A stretch of DNA of 14,570 nt from Promethearchaeota archaeon (GCA_011364975.1 RDOE01000083.1:1-14570), one strand, 5' to 3'. Positions 1 through 8,703 are shown, counted from the first letter of the stretch. The notes: a model not told the origin generated them from the sequence alone. Numbers and translations: made by a program.

Positions 1-2
1 CA

Positions 3-443
3 TATGAAAAGGGATATCTCACTGAATTACTGGTAGGAATGGGATTTGGATTCATTATAAGTGGTTTGGTTGCTCTTTTGGCCAAAAAGACAAGTGCTAA
101 ATATGATGAATTCAGAGATCCGATTAAATGGTCGCGAACATTAGATAGGAAGAAACTATTGGATCGTATAGATTTGATTCTTTTTAAACCAGCTAAAGCA
201 TTTTTCTTTGTTGATAAGTTATTTCTAAATTTACCAAGAGATGAACAAGAAAAGCTGGTATCAACCAGTGTAGTTTCTCTTGCAAGCGGAAGTCTTGGAT
301 TATGGACAGGAGCAATAGCTACAACACTAATTTGGGATCCAGATACAAGAAAAGCTCTTCAATTAAAATTAGCTATTTCATCATTTGCATTAGCAGGTGC
401 TTGTCTTATAGCAGCATTAGTTACATATAACATGGATTTATAA
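3..443 (+). CDS. Membrane-associated protein of unknown function, probably the 3' part of a longer gene (5'-truncated by the window)
   Basis: The frame of the 39..443 ORF is open back to nt 3 (YEKGYLTELLVG-MGFG...), so the ATG at 39 is probably internal. Several Gly/Ala-rich hydrophobic segments (LLVGMGFGFIISGLVALLA; VVSLASGSLGLWTGAIATTLIW; LAISSFALAGACLIAALVTY). No family recognised. Confidence 0.7.
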   Translation, partial: YEKGYLTELLVGMGFGFIISGLVALLAKKTSAKYDEFRDPIKWSRTLDRKKLLDRIDLILFKPAKAFFFVDKLFLNLPRDEQEKLVSTSVVSLASGSLGLWTGAIATTLIWDPDTRKALQLKLAISSFALAGACLIAALVTYNMDL

Positions 444-537
444 GTATATGAAGTAAATTATATAAATGACAATAACGTAAATAAAAGTAGTGGGTAAAAA
501 TTCAAAAGAGAATAAATAACATTTTAGAGTGAGAAAA

Positions 538-1011
538 ATGGCAAATATAGCGTATATATTTGGTATGATTGGATCTATTGGAATATTAGCATCTTCATTA
601 ATACTAGGTTTTATCACCTTTGCCGGAATGATGTTATCTGGATTATTTGGCGCAAGTGTTTTTTCCCCTGGTTTACCTCTCTATGGGATAAGTATTTTAA
701 TAACTGTAGTTCTGGGTATTATTGGTTTAGTTTATAACACAAAAGCAAAAAAGGGATCCAGATTAGGTTACATTTTAATACTTATTATTGGGGCGATTGG
801 TGCTATAGGAGTGTTTATTCCAATTTTTCCTGCTATTACCTATGATCTGGGGGGAGGTTCTACTTATCCGGCTCCTGCTGTTACTTTAGTCACTTCACTT
901 GTTTATATTGAATATTATTTCCTAATTAATGCTGGTATTATTGGTTTACTATCGCCAAAATTAGAATATACCCCCGAATTTGAGGATTATGGCATAAATA
1001 TTGAAAATTAA
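538..1011 (+). CDS. Hypothetical integral membrane protein (~4 TM helices)
   Basis: ORF 529..1011 starts at GTG; the ATG at 538 (MANIAY...) is the more likely start. Four long hydrophobic stretches and an acidic C-terminal tail. AT-rich TATA-like 'ttatataaa' at ~458-466 upstream. Confidence 0.75.
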   Translation: MANIAYIFGMIGSIGILASSLILGFITFAGMMLSGLFGASVFSPGLPLYGISILITVVLGIIGLVYNTKAKKGSRLGYILILIIGAIGAIGVFIPIFPAITYDLGGGSTYPAPAVTLVTSLVYIEYYFLINAGIIGLLSPKLEYTPEFEDYGINIEN

Positions 1012-1020
1012 TCTATAGAA

Positions 1021-1029
1021 TTTTTTTTT
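1021..1029 (+). terminator. Probable archaeal oligo-T transcription terminator
   Basis: Run of 9 T starting 10 nt after the stop at 1011, in a convergent intergenic region. Oligo-T tracts are established archaeal terminators. Confidence 0.45.
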
Positions 1030-1174
1030 ATCCTTCTATTTAATTATCATTGAAAGAGGAATAAAGGATATTCACTTACAATATTGAATATCATATGATT
1101 TCAATTTAAAGAGCATAATCAACTATTTTAGGATAAAATTAAGAGATATAAAAGAAAACAAGTTCAATAAAATC

Positions 1175-1912
1175 TTATTCTTCGCTTGGTTCTTGGTTTT
1201 TTTTAAATATCTCGTCCAATTTTGCTCTATCTTCATCACTCATTTTGCTCATAGCTTCGATATTTTGTCTCATAAGGTCCATCATTACTTTCTGTGAAAT
1301 TAATTGACTAAGCACGGGTAACGCAATACGAATACGTGTAAGTTCATAATTCATTAATTTGGCGTTATCTCGCATTTCAGCAAGTTCTTCTTTCGTCATA
1401 CCTTCTTCTCCAATTCCAGGGCAATCGACATCAACAACCTTATAATTTTTTCCATCATATTCTAAGGGATAGGTTCTGCAACTTAAGGGACGATTATCAT
1501 ATACTAAACACTGTTTATTCTCTTTGTTGTATAATGGGCACTTTTCTTCTAATAATTCTTCTATTGGAGTAGGGCTAAAAGGATCCCTAGCTTTTTTATT
1601 CTCCTCATCCTTTTTAGGTGGCAGTGGTTTTAAAATCAAATCAATTCCACCATCCGGTTTATGATAGATCTCTAAATATGGCATAAAGTTAGCAACAACT
1701 CCATTTTTAGCCCATAATTCTAAATCCCAAAAAGTCAAAGGGATTGGTCCACGAGCTAAACAACATTTATCACATCGAGTACATTTAAAAGTAAATTTGG
1801 CTTTTGGTTTCTCAGCTTCCTTATCCACTTCTTTTTCTTCTTGTTTTGGTTCTTCTACATCCAATTCTTCATTCGATGGCTTATCTTTTTCTTCTTTTTC
1901 ATTTTCTGACAT
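1175..1912 (-). CDS. YkgJ-family (CxxCxxCC) Zn/Fe-S cysteine-cluster protein
   Basis: Motifs F-K-CTRCDKCC, CPLY, CLVYDNRPLSCRTYP and CPG match the YkgJ/UPF0153 pattern. Glu/Lys-rich low-complexity N-terminus. ATG at 1912 (MSENEK) preferred over GTG at 1924. Confidence 0.88.
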   Translation of the reverse strand: MSENEKEEKDKPSNEELDVEEPKQEEKEVDKEAEKPKAKFTFKCTRCDKCCLARGPIPLTFWDLELWAKNGVVANFMPYLEIYHKPDGGIDLILKPLPPKKDEENKKARDPFSPTPIEELLEEKCPLYNKENKQCLVYDNRPLSCRTYPLEYDGKNYKVVDVDCPGIGEEGMTKEELAEMRDNAKLMNYELTRIRIALPVLSQLISQKVMMDLMRQNIEAMSKMSDEDRAKLDEIFKKNQEPSEE

Positions 1913-2113
1913 TTTGATTTTCACATTATTATTTTTTATTGAAATTGATTTGATGATGAATAATCAAAAGTGATAATAAACTTTCAAAAAAAAGTTTTAT
2001 TCTTTATGGATATTAAATTAATTTTTTTGATATTAAAAATTATGATATTTATAAACATTGTTCGAAAGTAATTAAATCCTCAAGATTATAAGAAATACAT
2101 CCCTAATTTTTGT

Positions 2114-2129
2114 AATAAAACTTTTTATT
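2114..2129 (+). promoter_or_regulatory. Candidate BRE/TATA promoter (palindromic AATAAAA-ct-TTTTATT) upstream of the archaeosortase
   Basis: A-rich BRE-like run followed by TTTTTATT about 40 nt before the ATG at 2171, inside the divergent 1925-2170 intergenic region. Motif inference only. Confidence 0.35.
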
Positions 2130-2170
2130 GTTAAGAAAATTTAGTTAATAAAACAATAGAATTTAGGGAT

Positions 2171-3208
2171 ATGGTTAGCTTTTTAGTGAAAAATAAGTAT
2201 ATAGTTTGGTTGGTACATTCACTTATTTTATTTAGTTTGTTTTTATGTGGATATTTTTTCCCTATCATCTCAAACTTATGGGGTATTATAGCGCTTTTAA
2301 TAATCACATTATTAATTTTTACATTCCAACTCTTTTTTGGACTAAATTCGCTTCCTGAGAATCCCTCGCTTAAAAACCGAGTGAAAAATACTAGCTACCA
2401 TATTTTAAACTCAATTTATGCGTATACTATTGGTTTTTCAATTCCACTTATGATTTCGTCTTCGCGCCTTAATTCAGCGTTTTTACTTATTCCCTTACTA
2501 ATTTTATTAAGTTACATCATTACAGATAAACCTTATAAAGAAAATTTTCGTTTGGACGAACCACTCTATTTTAAGAATCGTCCTATAATAGAATTTGAGG
2601 AGAAAAAGTACGCATTTTCTATAAATTCATTAATAATCTTAGCAATTGGTGCTCCATTGGTGGGATTTTTTACATATTTATTTTTCGATACTGAGATTAA
2701 TTATTGGTTACATGAGACTGTTGTAAAACAAACTGTATATTTTTTAAATTTATTTTTTGATATGGGTGCTAATGCAGTTTATAATCCCGTAGGGAAATAT
2801 TTTTGGAGTTTTAGTATTCCTGGACGATCCAGTATCTTTTTTGAAACATTTTGCACTGGTATCCAAGCTATAAATATATTTGTTGGTGTTATTGTTTGTA
2901 CTCCTCATAGTAAAGATAAAAATACTAATAAAGATATTTTGTGGCGGAAAGCGAAGTCGTTGATCGTATCCTCAGCAATTTTTTATGTGGTAAATATAAT
3001 AAGGATGCTTATTCAAATTTATCTTTATTATATTGGTTATCCATGGGAGAGTATTCATGTTTCCATAAGTGCAGCAAGCTCTTTTATCGCAGCAATAATA
3101 GTGTTACTTTTACATAAATGGATTCCCGAATTTATTATAAGTATTATTTATACAGGGACACTTATAGGGAATAAATTTAAAAAATTTCGAAAAAGAGATA
3201 AAGTGTAA
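2171..3208 (+). CDS. artH: Exosortase/archaeosortase-family transpeptidase with an extra N-terminal membrane domain (archaeosortase H-like)
   Basis: Multi-TM protein with the exosortase-type triad: Cys in FETFCTG (codon 2852-2854), Arg in VNIIRM (3002-3004), His in WESIH (3056-3058). About 130 aa of extra N-terminal TM region, as I recall for the Lokiarchaeal archaeosortase H. The family call is firmer than the subtype. Confidence 0.8.
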   Translation: MVSFLVKNKYIVWLVHSLILFSLFLCGYFFPIISNLWGIIALLIITLLIFTFQLFFGLNSLPENPSLKNRVKNTSYHILNSIYAYTIGFSIPLMISSSRLNSAFLLIPLLILLSYIITDKPYKENFRLDEPLYFKNRPIIEFEEKKYAFSINSLIILAIGAPLVGFFTYLFFDTEINYWLHETVVKQTVYFLNLFFDMGANAVYNPVGKYFWSFSIPGRSSIFFETFCTGIQAINIFVGVIVCTPHSKDKNTNKDILWRKAKSLIVSSAIFYVVNIIRMLIQIYLYYIGYPWESIHVSISAASSFIAAIIVLLLHKWIPEFIISIIYTGTLIGNKFKKFRKRDKV

Positions 3209-3280
3209 TAGAAATTAAATCAATATAATTTATAATCTATAAAGTGTAGTTCTATTTATTACTGAAATATACGACTAGTC

Positions 3281-4183
3281 ATGTTAGAATTCAAAATTGA
3301 ACAAAATGTTGTTGAGATTGGTAACGTAAAATTGGGAGGACAACCTGGAGAAAATCCCACCGTTATGATTGGTACGGTATTTTATGCTAAACATAAAGCA
3401 TTATTAAATGAAAAAACTGGTGAATTTGATAAAAATTTATTAGAACAAGAACTCAATGAATATAGTGAAGTAATTGAAGATACGGGAATACAAGGAATCA
3501 TTGATGTTGTAGGAGCATATCCTGAAGCCTTGGCAAAAGAATGCGAGTATATTGCAGATACCGTAGATTATCCCTTTTTGGTTGATGGTTTAAATGATAA
3601 TTCAAGAATTCCCGCGATTAAAATATTAAGTGAAAAAGGATTACTAGATAAAGCAATACTTAATAGCATAGATGAGTCAACAACTGAAGAAAACCTTCAA
3701 AAATTAAAAGATATTGGCTTGAAAAATGCAGTGCTGCTCACTTTTAGTAGTAGGCATATATTTCCAAAACAAAAGCTCCAATTACTTAATGATCATTTAA
3801 TCCCAAAGGCCCAAAAAGCGAATATAAAAAATATTATTATCGACACTGCAGTATTAGATTTAGCATCTATGGGAATTAATTTTGAAACCGTCCAACTAGT
3901 AAAAAATGAATTGGGTCTACCTGTTGGTTTCGCTCCGGCTAATGCAATTTACGGATGGAATTATATTAAAAAATATGGGGATACTCCTAGATGTGGGGCT
4001 ATAGCATCACAAATGGCTTATTGCGTAAGTGCGGGTAGTGATTTTGTATTATTTGGCCCGATTAAATTTGCAAAATGTGTAATCCCCTCAATTGCATTGA
4101 TTGATGCGATTAATTCTTACTATAGAAAAAGGATTCTAAGAAAACCTATATCAGAAAGATCCCCATTAAAACACATTTTTTAA
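3281..4183 (+). CDS. mtrH: MtrH-family pterin-binding methyltransferase (tetrahydromethanopterin S-methyltransferase subunit H-like), stand-alone
   Basis: N-terminal signature GGQPGENPTVMIGTVFY, plus PFLVDG, ILNSI, IIDTAVLD, LPVGFAPANA and GSDFVLFGP. Length of 300 aa is typical of MtrH. Confidence 0.9.
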   Translation: MLEFKIEQNVVEIGNVKLGGQPGENPTVMIGTVFYAKHKALLNEKTGEFDKNLLEQELNEYSEVIEDTGIQGIIDVVGAYPEALAKECEYIADTVDYPFLVDGLNDNSRIPAIKILSEKGLLDKAILNSIDESTTEENLQKLKDIGLKNAVLLTFSSRHIFPKQKLQLLNDHLIPKAQKANIKNIIIDTAVLDLASMGINFETVQLVKNELGLPVGFAPANAIYGWNYIKKYGDTPRCGAIASQMAYCVSAGSDFVLFGPIKFAKCVIPSIALIDAINSYYRKRILRKPISERSPLKHIF

Positions 4184-5685
4184 GAGATATATCTGATTAC
4201 CAAATCTTGTGTGTTTTCAATGAAATTAGGCAATTTCTTAATAATTTCGCTTTTACTATTTTCATCCTCAAGCAAAAATAAAAGATACATTATAGATTCT
4301 GTAAGCATTATTTTCTTAAAATAAATAACGGAATTAGATACATTAAAAATAGCTTCATTTACACCTCCGGATTTATATCTAGAAAATATTTTAAATAACC
4401 TTGTAAATTCAGGGGCGGATAATTCAAATATATTTACTAAATCTTCATTTGTTGGGACATTTATTAAATTCTTAGCATCCGGTGAGAAATAATCTGCTAG
4501 TACTAATCCTTCCATACTCAATAAAAGTGCCAATAGAGAACCTGAGCCTTGAGATAATATATCTAAATTATGTTTAATTAAATCCCGATTTGGACTTAAT
4601 TTAGCTAATCCTGAGGAAAAAGCTCTCAGTATAGTAAAAATTTCAAAAATACTTGTGACATGAATCTCAAGTGGCTTATTATTAAATAAAACACCTAATT
4701 CTTTCTTAATTATTTGGAGATTATCTTTTATTAGGAAAGTATCTATAATATCAGGATCTCCCTTTGTTAAGATTAAAATAATTGGCGTTTTTTGATTCAT
4801 TTTGTCCAACACTTCCAGAATATTTTGAAGATAATCTATGCTTTCTTTAAATCTATTCCTAGATTTAATATCAATAAAGTAATATATGAGATCTGCTTCA
4901 AATAAGTAGATCTGAGCTTTATTAATATATTTTTTCCTTAAACTAAGTTGACCTCCGAGGTCCCAAAGAAAAATATTAGCTCCAAGAGCTTCAATTGATG
5001 TAATTTTCGCCCCTCGAGTAGGTTTTAATCCAATTAGTTTTGAGAATTTTCTATTTACAGATAGTAAAAATGAGGTTTTACCAGAATCATCTAATCCCGC
5101 GCAAATTATTTTCATTTTTCTGTTTGTAGAAATGAGAGTTGAAGGCTTTTTCTCGATTTCTACAATTTGAGTAATGATCTCTTTAAAATCCTTTTCTATC
5201 TCCTCTTGAGGTTTATAATTATCTATAATTTTTTTATCAAATAACGTAAAAAAATTTAGGATGATCTCCTTTAATCGATTAATGTTATTATAAAAAAAGC
5301 TCCGTTTATTCTCATCTACTAATATACAAAAAGCAGTAGCTAATGGTAAATCATTGAAAGTAGTAGAAATAAAATGATAAAATGTAAGAGACGTTGCATC
5401 AAAATCTGGAAAGGGTATTATTCCAAAGTATTTAAAATCGCCCAAATCTGATTTTTGAAATATTGAACCATCTCCAATTAACAAACTCAGGTTTTTTATT
5501 GCAATTTGTGTATAATCTCGTACTGTTAGGGAAATGTGGTTATTTATATCTTTATCTTTATTAAATGATTCTGTTTCCCCGAGCTCTGTTGGTTTTGGAA
5601 ACATGTAGATTGGCTGAGGACCAAACTTATCATAGGTGCAAAAAGCAATTCCTTTAATGATTGAAGAATTAATGAGGTCTTCCAT
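4180..5685 (-). CDS. Fusion protein: N-terminal uDENN/longin-like domain, Arf/Rag-like small GTPase, C-terminal roadblock/longin-like domain
   Basis: G1 GLDDSGKT (nt 5097-5074), G2 PTRG, G3 WDLGGQ, G4 TKGD, G5 TSIFE. N-terminus GIAFCTYDKFGPQPIYMFP resembles the uDENN 'hhhxxFDxxxGPxhxxxhP' start. C-terminus LALLLSMEGLVLADYF is a roadblock-type beta-hairpin. Confidence 0.85.
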   Translation of the reverse strand: MEDLINSSIIKGIAFCTYDKFGPQPIYMFPKPTELGETESFNKDKDINNHISLTVRDYTQIAIKNLSLLIGDGSIFQKSDLGDFKYFGIIPFPDFDATSLTFYHFISTTFNDLPLATAFCILVDENKRSFFYNNINRLKEIILNFFTLFDKKIIDNYKPQEEIEKDFKEIITQIVEIEKKPSTLISTNRKMKIICAGLDDSGKTSFLLSVNRKFSKLIGLKPTRGAKITSIEALGANIFLWDLGGQLSLRKKYINKAQIYLFEADLIYYFIDIKSRNRFKESIDYLQNILEVLDKMNQKTPIILILTKGDPDIIDTFLIKDNLQIIKKELGVLFNNKPLEIHVTSIFEIFTILRAFSSGLAKLSPNRDLIKHNLDILSQGSGSLLALLLSMEGLVLADYFSPDAKNLINVPTNEDLVNIFELSAPEFTRLFKIFSRYKSGGVNEAIFNVSNSVIYFKKIMLTESIMYLLFLLEDENSKSEIIKKLPNFIENTQDLVIRYIS

Positions 5686-5766
5686 TCGCTAAAGCATTGA
5701 TATTTATATTTATTAATAAATATTGGTAGGTTAATTAATTATAAATAAGTTTTTTTTATTTTTACC

Positions 5767-6723
5767 ATGCTTAAAAAAATCGCAGAATCAATTATTACTA
5801 ATAAGAATATCCTTGAAAAGCGGGAAATAGAGCCAATAATTCAATTTATTGAGAATAACTCATTTAAGAGCGAAAGGATTTTTTCAGATATTGGAGAAGA
5901 TTCTGCCAGTATAAAAAATAATAATCAAATCTACACCTTAGTTACAACAGATAGAATAAAAACTAGTTTTGTCGAGAATTTTCCTTTTGGAGCAGGCTTT
6001 AGTGCGATTCTTGTTGGTGTTGATGATATATACGCATGTGGAGGTAAACCAATCGCAGTTAGTGTTATAATATCCTTTAAGGATAAATTAATTGGTCAAA
6101 AATTAATTGAAGGAATTTGTGAAGGATCCAAAAGGTTTCACGTACCAATAATTCGAGGACATACTAACATTAAAGATTATTATGAGCTGAGTTCTGCTAT
6201 GATTGGAGAGGTTAATTCAGAAAACTATATCTCTTCTAAAAATGCTCAATACCAAGATGATATTATTCTAGCTGTTGATTTTGACGGAAAAATCGGAAAG
6301 GCAAATGATATGTATTGGGATACTACTACTTTTAAATCTTCAGAAATTATTTTGAAGAAAAGAGCATCAATGAATTTAATTGCAGAGACACATTTAGCAC
6401 ATTCTTCACAAGATATCTCTAATGCCGGAATATTTGGTACTATAATTCAATTAACTAATTATTCAAAAACCGGTGCGAAAATCAACGTTAATAATATAAA
6501 AATTCCTCCTAAACTAATTGAAGCAAATTATAATCTTATTAAATTTAGTCAAATGTTTTTAACTACAAGCTTTATTTTGACTTCCTCAAAAAAGTCTTCG
6601 CAAGATATTATCGATATTTTTAGAAATCATGCAATGCAAGCTTGTTGCATAGGGGAAATAACCAAAGAAAGAATCCTTACCATAAGTGATAATCAAAAAG
6701 AAATTAAAGTTAAGGATTTATAA
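5767..6723 (+). CDS. AIR synthase-related (PurM-like) protein, methanogenesis-marker-2/sll0787-like
   Basis: PurM-superfamily motifs GEDSA, AGFSAILVGVDDIYACGGKPIAV, IIRGHT and DISNAGIFGT. WDTTT and DISNxG resemble the marker-2/sll0787 subfamily rather than ThiL, HypE or SelD. Confidence 0.8.
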   Translation: MLKKIAESIITNKNILEKREIEPIIQFIENNSFKSERIFSDIGEDSASIKNNNQIYTLVTTDRIKTSFVENFPFGAGFSAILVGVDDIYACGGKPIAVSVIISFKDKLIGQKLIEGICEGSKRFHVPIIRGHTNIKDYYELSSAMIGEVNSENYISSKNAQYQDDIILAVDFDGKIGKANDMYWDTTTFKSSEIILKKRASMNLIAETHLAHSSQDISNAGIFGTIIQLTNYSKTGAKINVNNIKIPPKLIEANYNLIKFSQMFLTTSFILTSSKKSSQDIIDIFRNHAMQACCIGEITKERILTISDNQKEIKVKDL

Positions 6724-7965
6724 TGTTTTAACTGGTTGTATTTTTGTTGAAGTTATTACTCGATTATCATATCCGAATTTTAAAACCTGAAAACTCATGA
6801 TAAATGGTATTATGCTTAGGATACTTAAGACTAATCCATAAAATATATCGTTTGGTAGTGAAAGTAAAATTCCACCAACAATAGGACCTAAAATTTGAGA
6901 TAAATTATCCAAGGATGTATTCAATCCCATAACTTGTCCTTGATTTCGAAAATCTACTGAGCGGCTTGTAAAACCAATAGTTATACCACGTGAAGTAGCT
7001 CCACTAAAACTTATGAAAAACACAGTTAGTAATAATTGCCAAGGAGCTATAACAATTCCTAGTAGAAAATATGCTAATAAATAACTCCCTAATCCTAACA
7101 TCGCTGTTTTAGGATCACCTAATCTTGTTCTAATTCTATTAAACGCAAATGCTCTAAATATCACTTGAAACAACCCCATGGCAGACAGAAAGAGCCCTAT
7201 AATTTGAGCGCTAAAATTAAACCGTATAAATCCAAACAAACTAAATGTACTCTGAAAAACTCCCATAGCTAGAGCAAGAAATGCATATTGAATTAATAAA
7301 AACATTGCCTTTTTATTTTTCCATAACGGAATTGATTCTTGTGGTTTATTATTGTAATTTATTTGACCATAACTCCATTGATTTATATCAACACCTAGTT
7401 TAATTGGATTAGATTCTTTAAGAAAGATAGCTGTGAAAATAAAGGTAAATAAAGCTACTGAACTAGCTAGTAAAGCGGGTAAGATTATTCCAAATGGTGA
7501 TAAAAATCCTCCAATCGCAGGACCAATTAGAAAGGCTAAGGTAAAAGTCACCCCAATATTTGTCATTTGCTTGGGTCGTTCTTGCGGTGGAACTATGTCT
7601 CCAATTACTGCTTTAGATATGGGGAATTGACCACCAAAAATTCCATCAACTATTCTTGCTATAAAAAGCATAATTATATTTTGTGAGAATGCTAGGATCA
7701 AAAAACCAGCAACAGTACCTGCTTGCGATATTAGCAAAAGGGGTTTTCTCCCATATTTATCACTTAGTTTTCCGAGAAATGGTCCAAAAAAAAACCCAAA
7801 GATAGCATTTGAGCTCAGAAGGAAACCAATTATTAGGGGGGAACTATTAAAAATTTGCATAAAGAAAGGGAGGTAGGGTAAAATAATACTAAATCCTAAT
7901 ATATCCACAAAAACTGCAATCCAGAGTGGTGTTAATTGAGGGTATCCTAATGAGAATTTTTTCAT
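6718..7965 (-). CDS. MFS transporter, TetA-like/DHA1 drug:H+ antiporter family
   Basis: 12-TM pattern; TM1 FVDILGFSIILPYLP with membrane Asp; motif A GKLSDKYGRKP; motif B ARIVDG; motif C-like LIGPAIGG; ILGPIVGG near the C-terminus. Confidence 0.93.
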   Translation of the reverse strand: MKKFSLGYPQLTPLWIAVFVDILGFSIILPYLPFFMQIFNSSPLIIGFLLSSNAIFGFFFGPFLGKLSDKYGRKPLLLISQAGTVAGFLILAFSQNIIMLFIARIVDGIFGGQFPISKAVIGDIVPPQERPKQMTNIGVTFTLAFLIGPAIGGFLSPFGIILPALLASSVALFTFIFTAIFLKESNPIKLGVDINQWSYGQINYNNKPQESIPLWKNKKAMFLLIQYAFLALAMGVFQSTFSLFGFIRFNFSAQIIGLFLSAMGLFQVIFRAFAFNRIRTRLGDPKTAMLGLGSYLLAYFLLGIVIAPWQLLLTVFFISFSGATSRGITIGFTSRSVDFRNQGQVMGLNTSLDNLSQILGPIVGGILLSLPNDIFYGLVLSILSIIPFIMSFQVLKFGYDNRVITSTKIQPVKTL

Positions 7966-8145
7966 ACTTTATAAAAGATTTAGAGAGATTAAACGTTTTC
8001 ATTAATAAAATATAGAAAGAATGGAATTAACACTTTAAGTTTAATATAGAATTTCTTGAACAACTAGTAGTTTATTAATGTTCGATATAAAATGTTATAA
8101 ATTTGCTGGTATTTCTTAATACAGTTAACCAAGTGTTGAACCATA

Positions 8146-8703
8146 ATGAAATTTAACTATAAAGAACAGTATAAGGGAACAATATCTATAATTGGAGCAA
8201 GCGAAATTGATTTCCCTACTAAAAAACTAGCAATCGAGTTAGGAAAATTATTAGCAAAAAACCGATATGCTGTTGCTTGTGGGGGATTATCTGGTGTAAT
8301 GGAAGCGATCTGTCAAGGCGTTAAAGAAGAAGGTGGATTAACAATCGGAATTATTCCATTTAAAGAAAAGGATTATGCAAATAAATATGTTGATATTGTT
8401 ATACCGGTTCCATTTTCCCAAGCACGGAATATAATAGTGGTACTAGCAGGAGATGTAGTAGTTGCTATAGCAGGTAAAGCTGGAACCCTCTCAGAGATAT
8501 GTTTCGCCTGGATTTACGAAAAACCAATTATTGCTTTAACGGGAGTCAATGGATGGTCCTCGAAACTCGCTGGAGAGAAAATTGATGACAGACGTACAGA
8601 TTTTATATATGGTGCTGTAAATGCTCAGGAAGTAGTTGATAAACTAAATGAATTGTTTGATAAAAAAATTACTACAAAATATAATTTGCCGGCTGAATTT
8701 TAA
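8146..8703 (+). CDS. TIGR00725-family SLOG/LOG-like Rossmann nucleotide-binding protein
   Basis: ISIIGAS, CGGLSGVMEAICQGVKEEGGLTIGIIP, ARNIIVV and GKAGTLSEI are characteristic of LOG-like TIGR00725 proteins. Confidence 0.9.
   Translation: MKFNYKEQYKGTISIIGASEIDFPTKKLAIELGKLLAKNRYAVACGGLSGVMEAICQGVKEEGGLTIGIIPFKEKDYANKYVDIVIPVPFSQARNIIVVLAGDVVVAIAGKAGTLSEICFAWIYEKPIIALTGVNGWSSKLAGEKIDDRRTDFIYGAVNAQEVVDKLNELFDKKITTKYNLPAEF

Noticed and set aside
1029-1070. Imperfect inverted repeat TATCCTTCTATT...AATAAAGGATA as an ncRNA or MITE
   Set aside because: Short, AT-rich, bulged stem with a long loop, single copy and no target-site duplication; at most part of a terminator region.
3281-6723. Inference that the organism is a methanogen (mtrH plus marker-2-like gene)
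   Set aside because: No mcr or other mtr genes in view; both families occur in non-methanogens, and the GTPase/roadblock content points to Asgard archaea.
5767-6723. selD, thiL or hypE assignment
   Set aside because: Lacks the SelD N-terminal Cys/Sec-x-x-Lys motif and the HypE C-terminal PRIC; motifs fit the marker-2/sll0787 group better than ThiL.
7433-7630. 65-aa ORF on the + strand
   Set aside because: Entirely antisense to the well-supported MFS gene; shadow ORF with no motif.
6718-7965. tetA tetracycline resistance gene
   Set aside because: Family-level similarity only; no tetR or mobile context, and substrate cannot be inferred.
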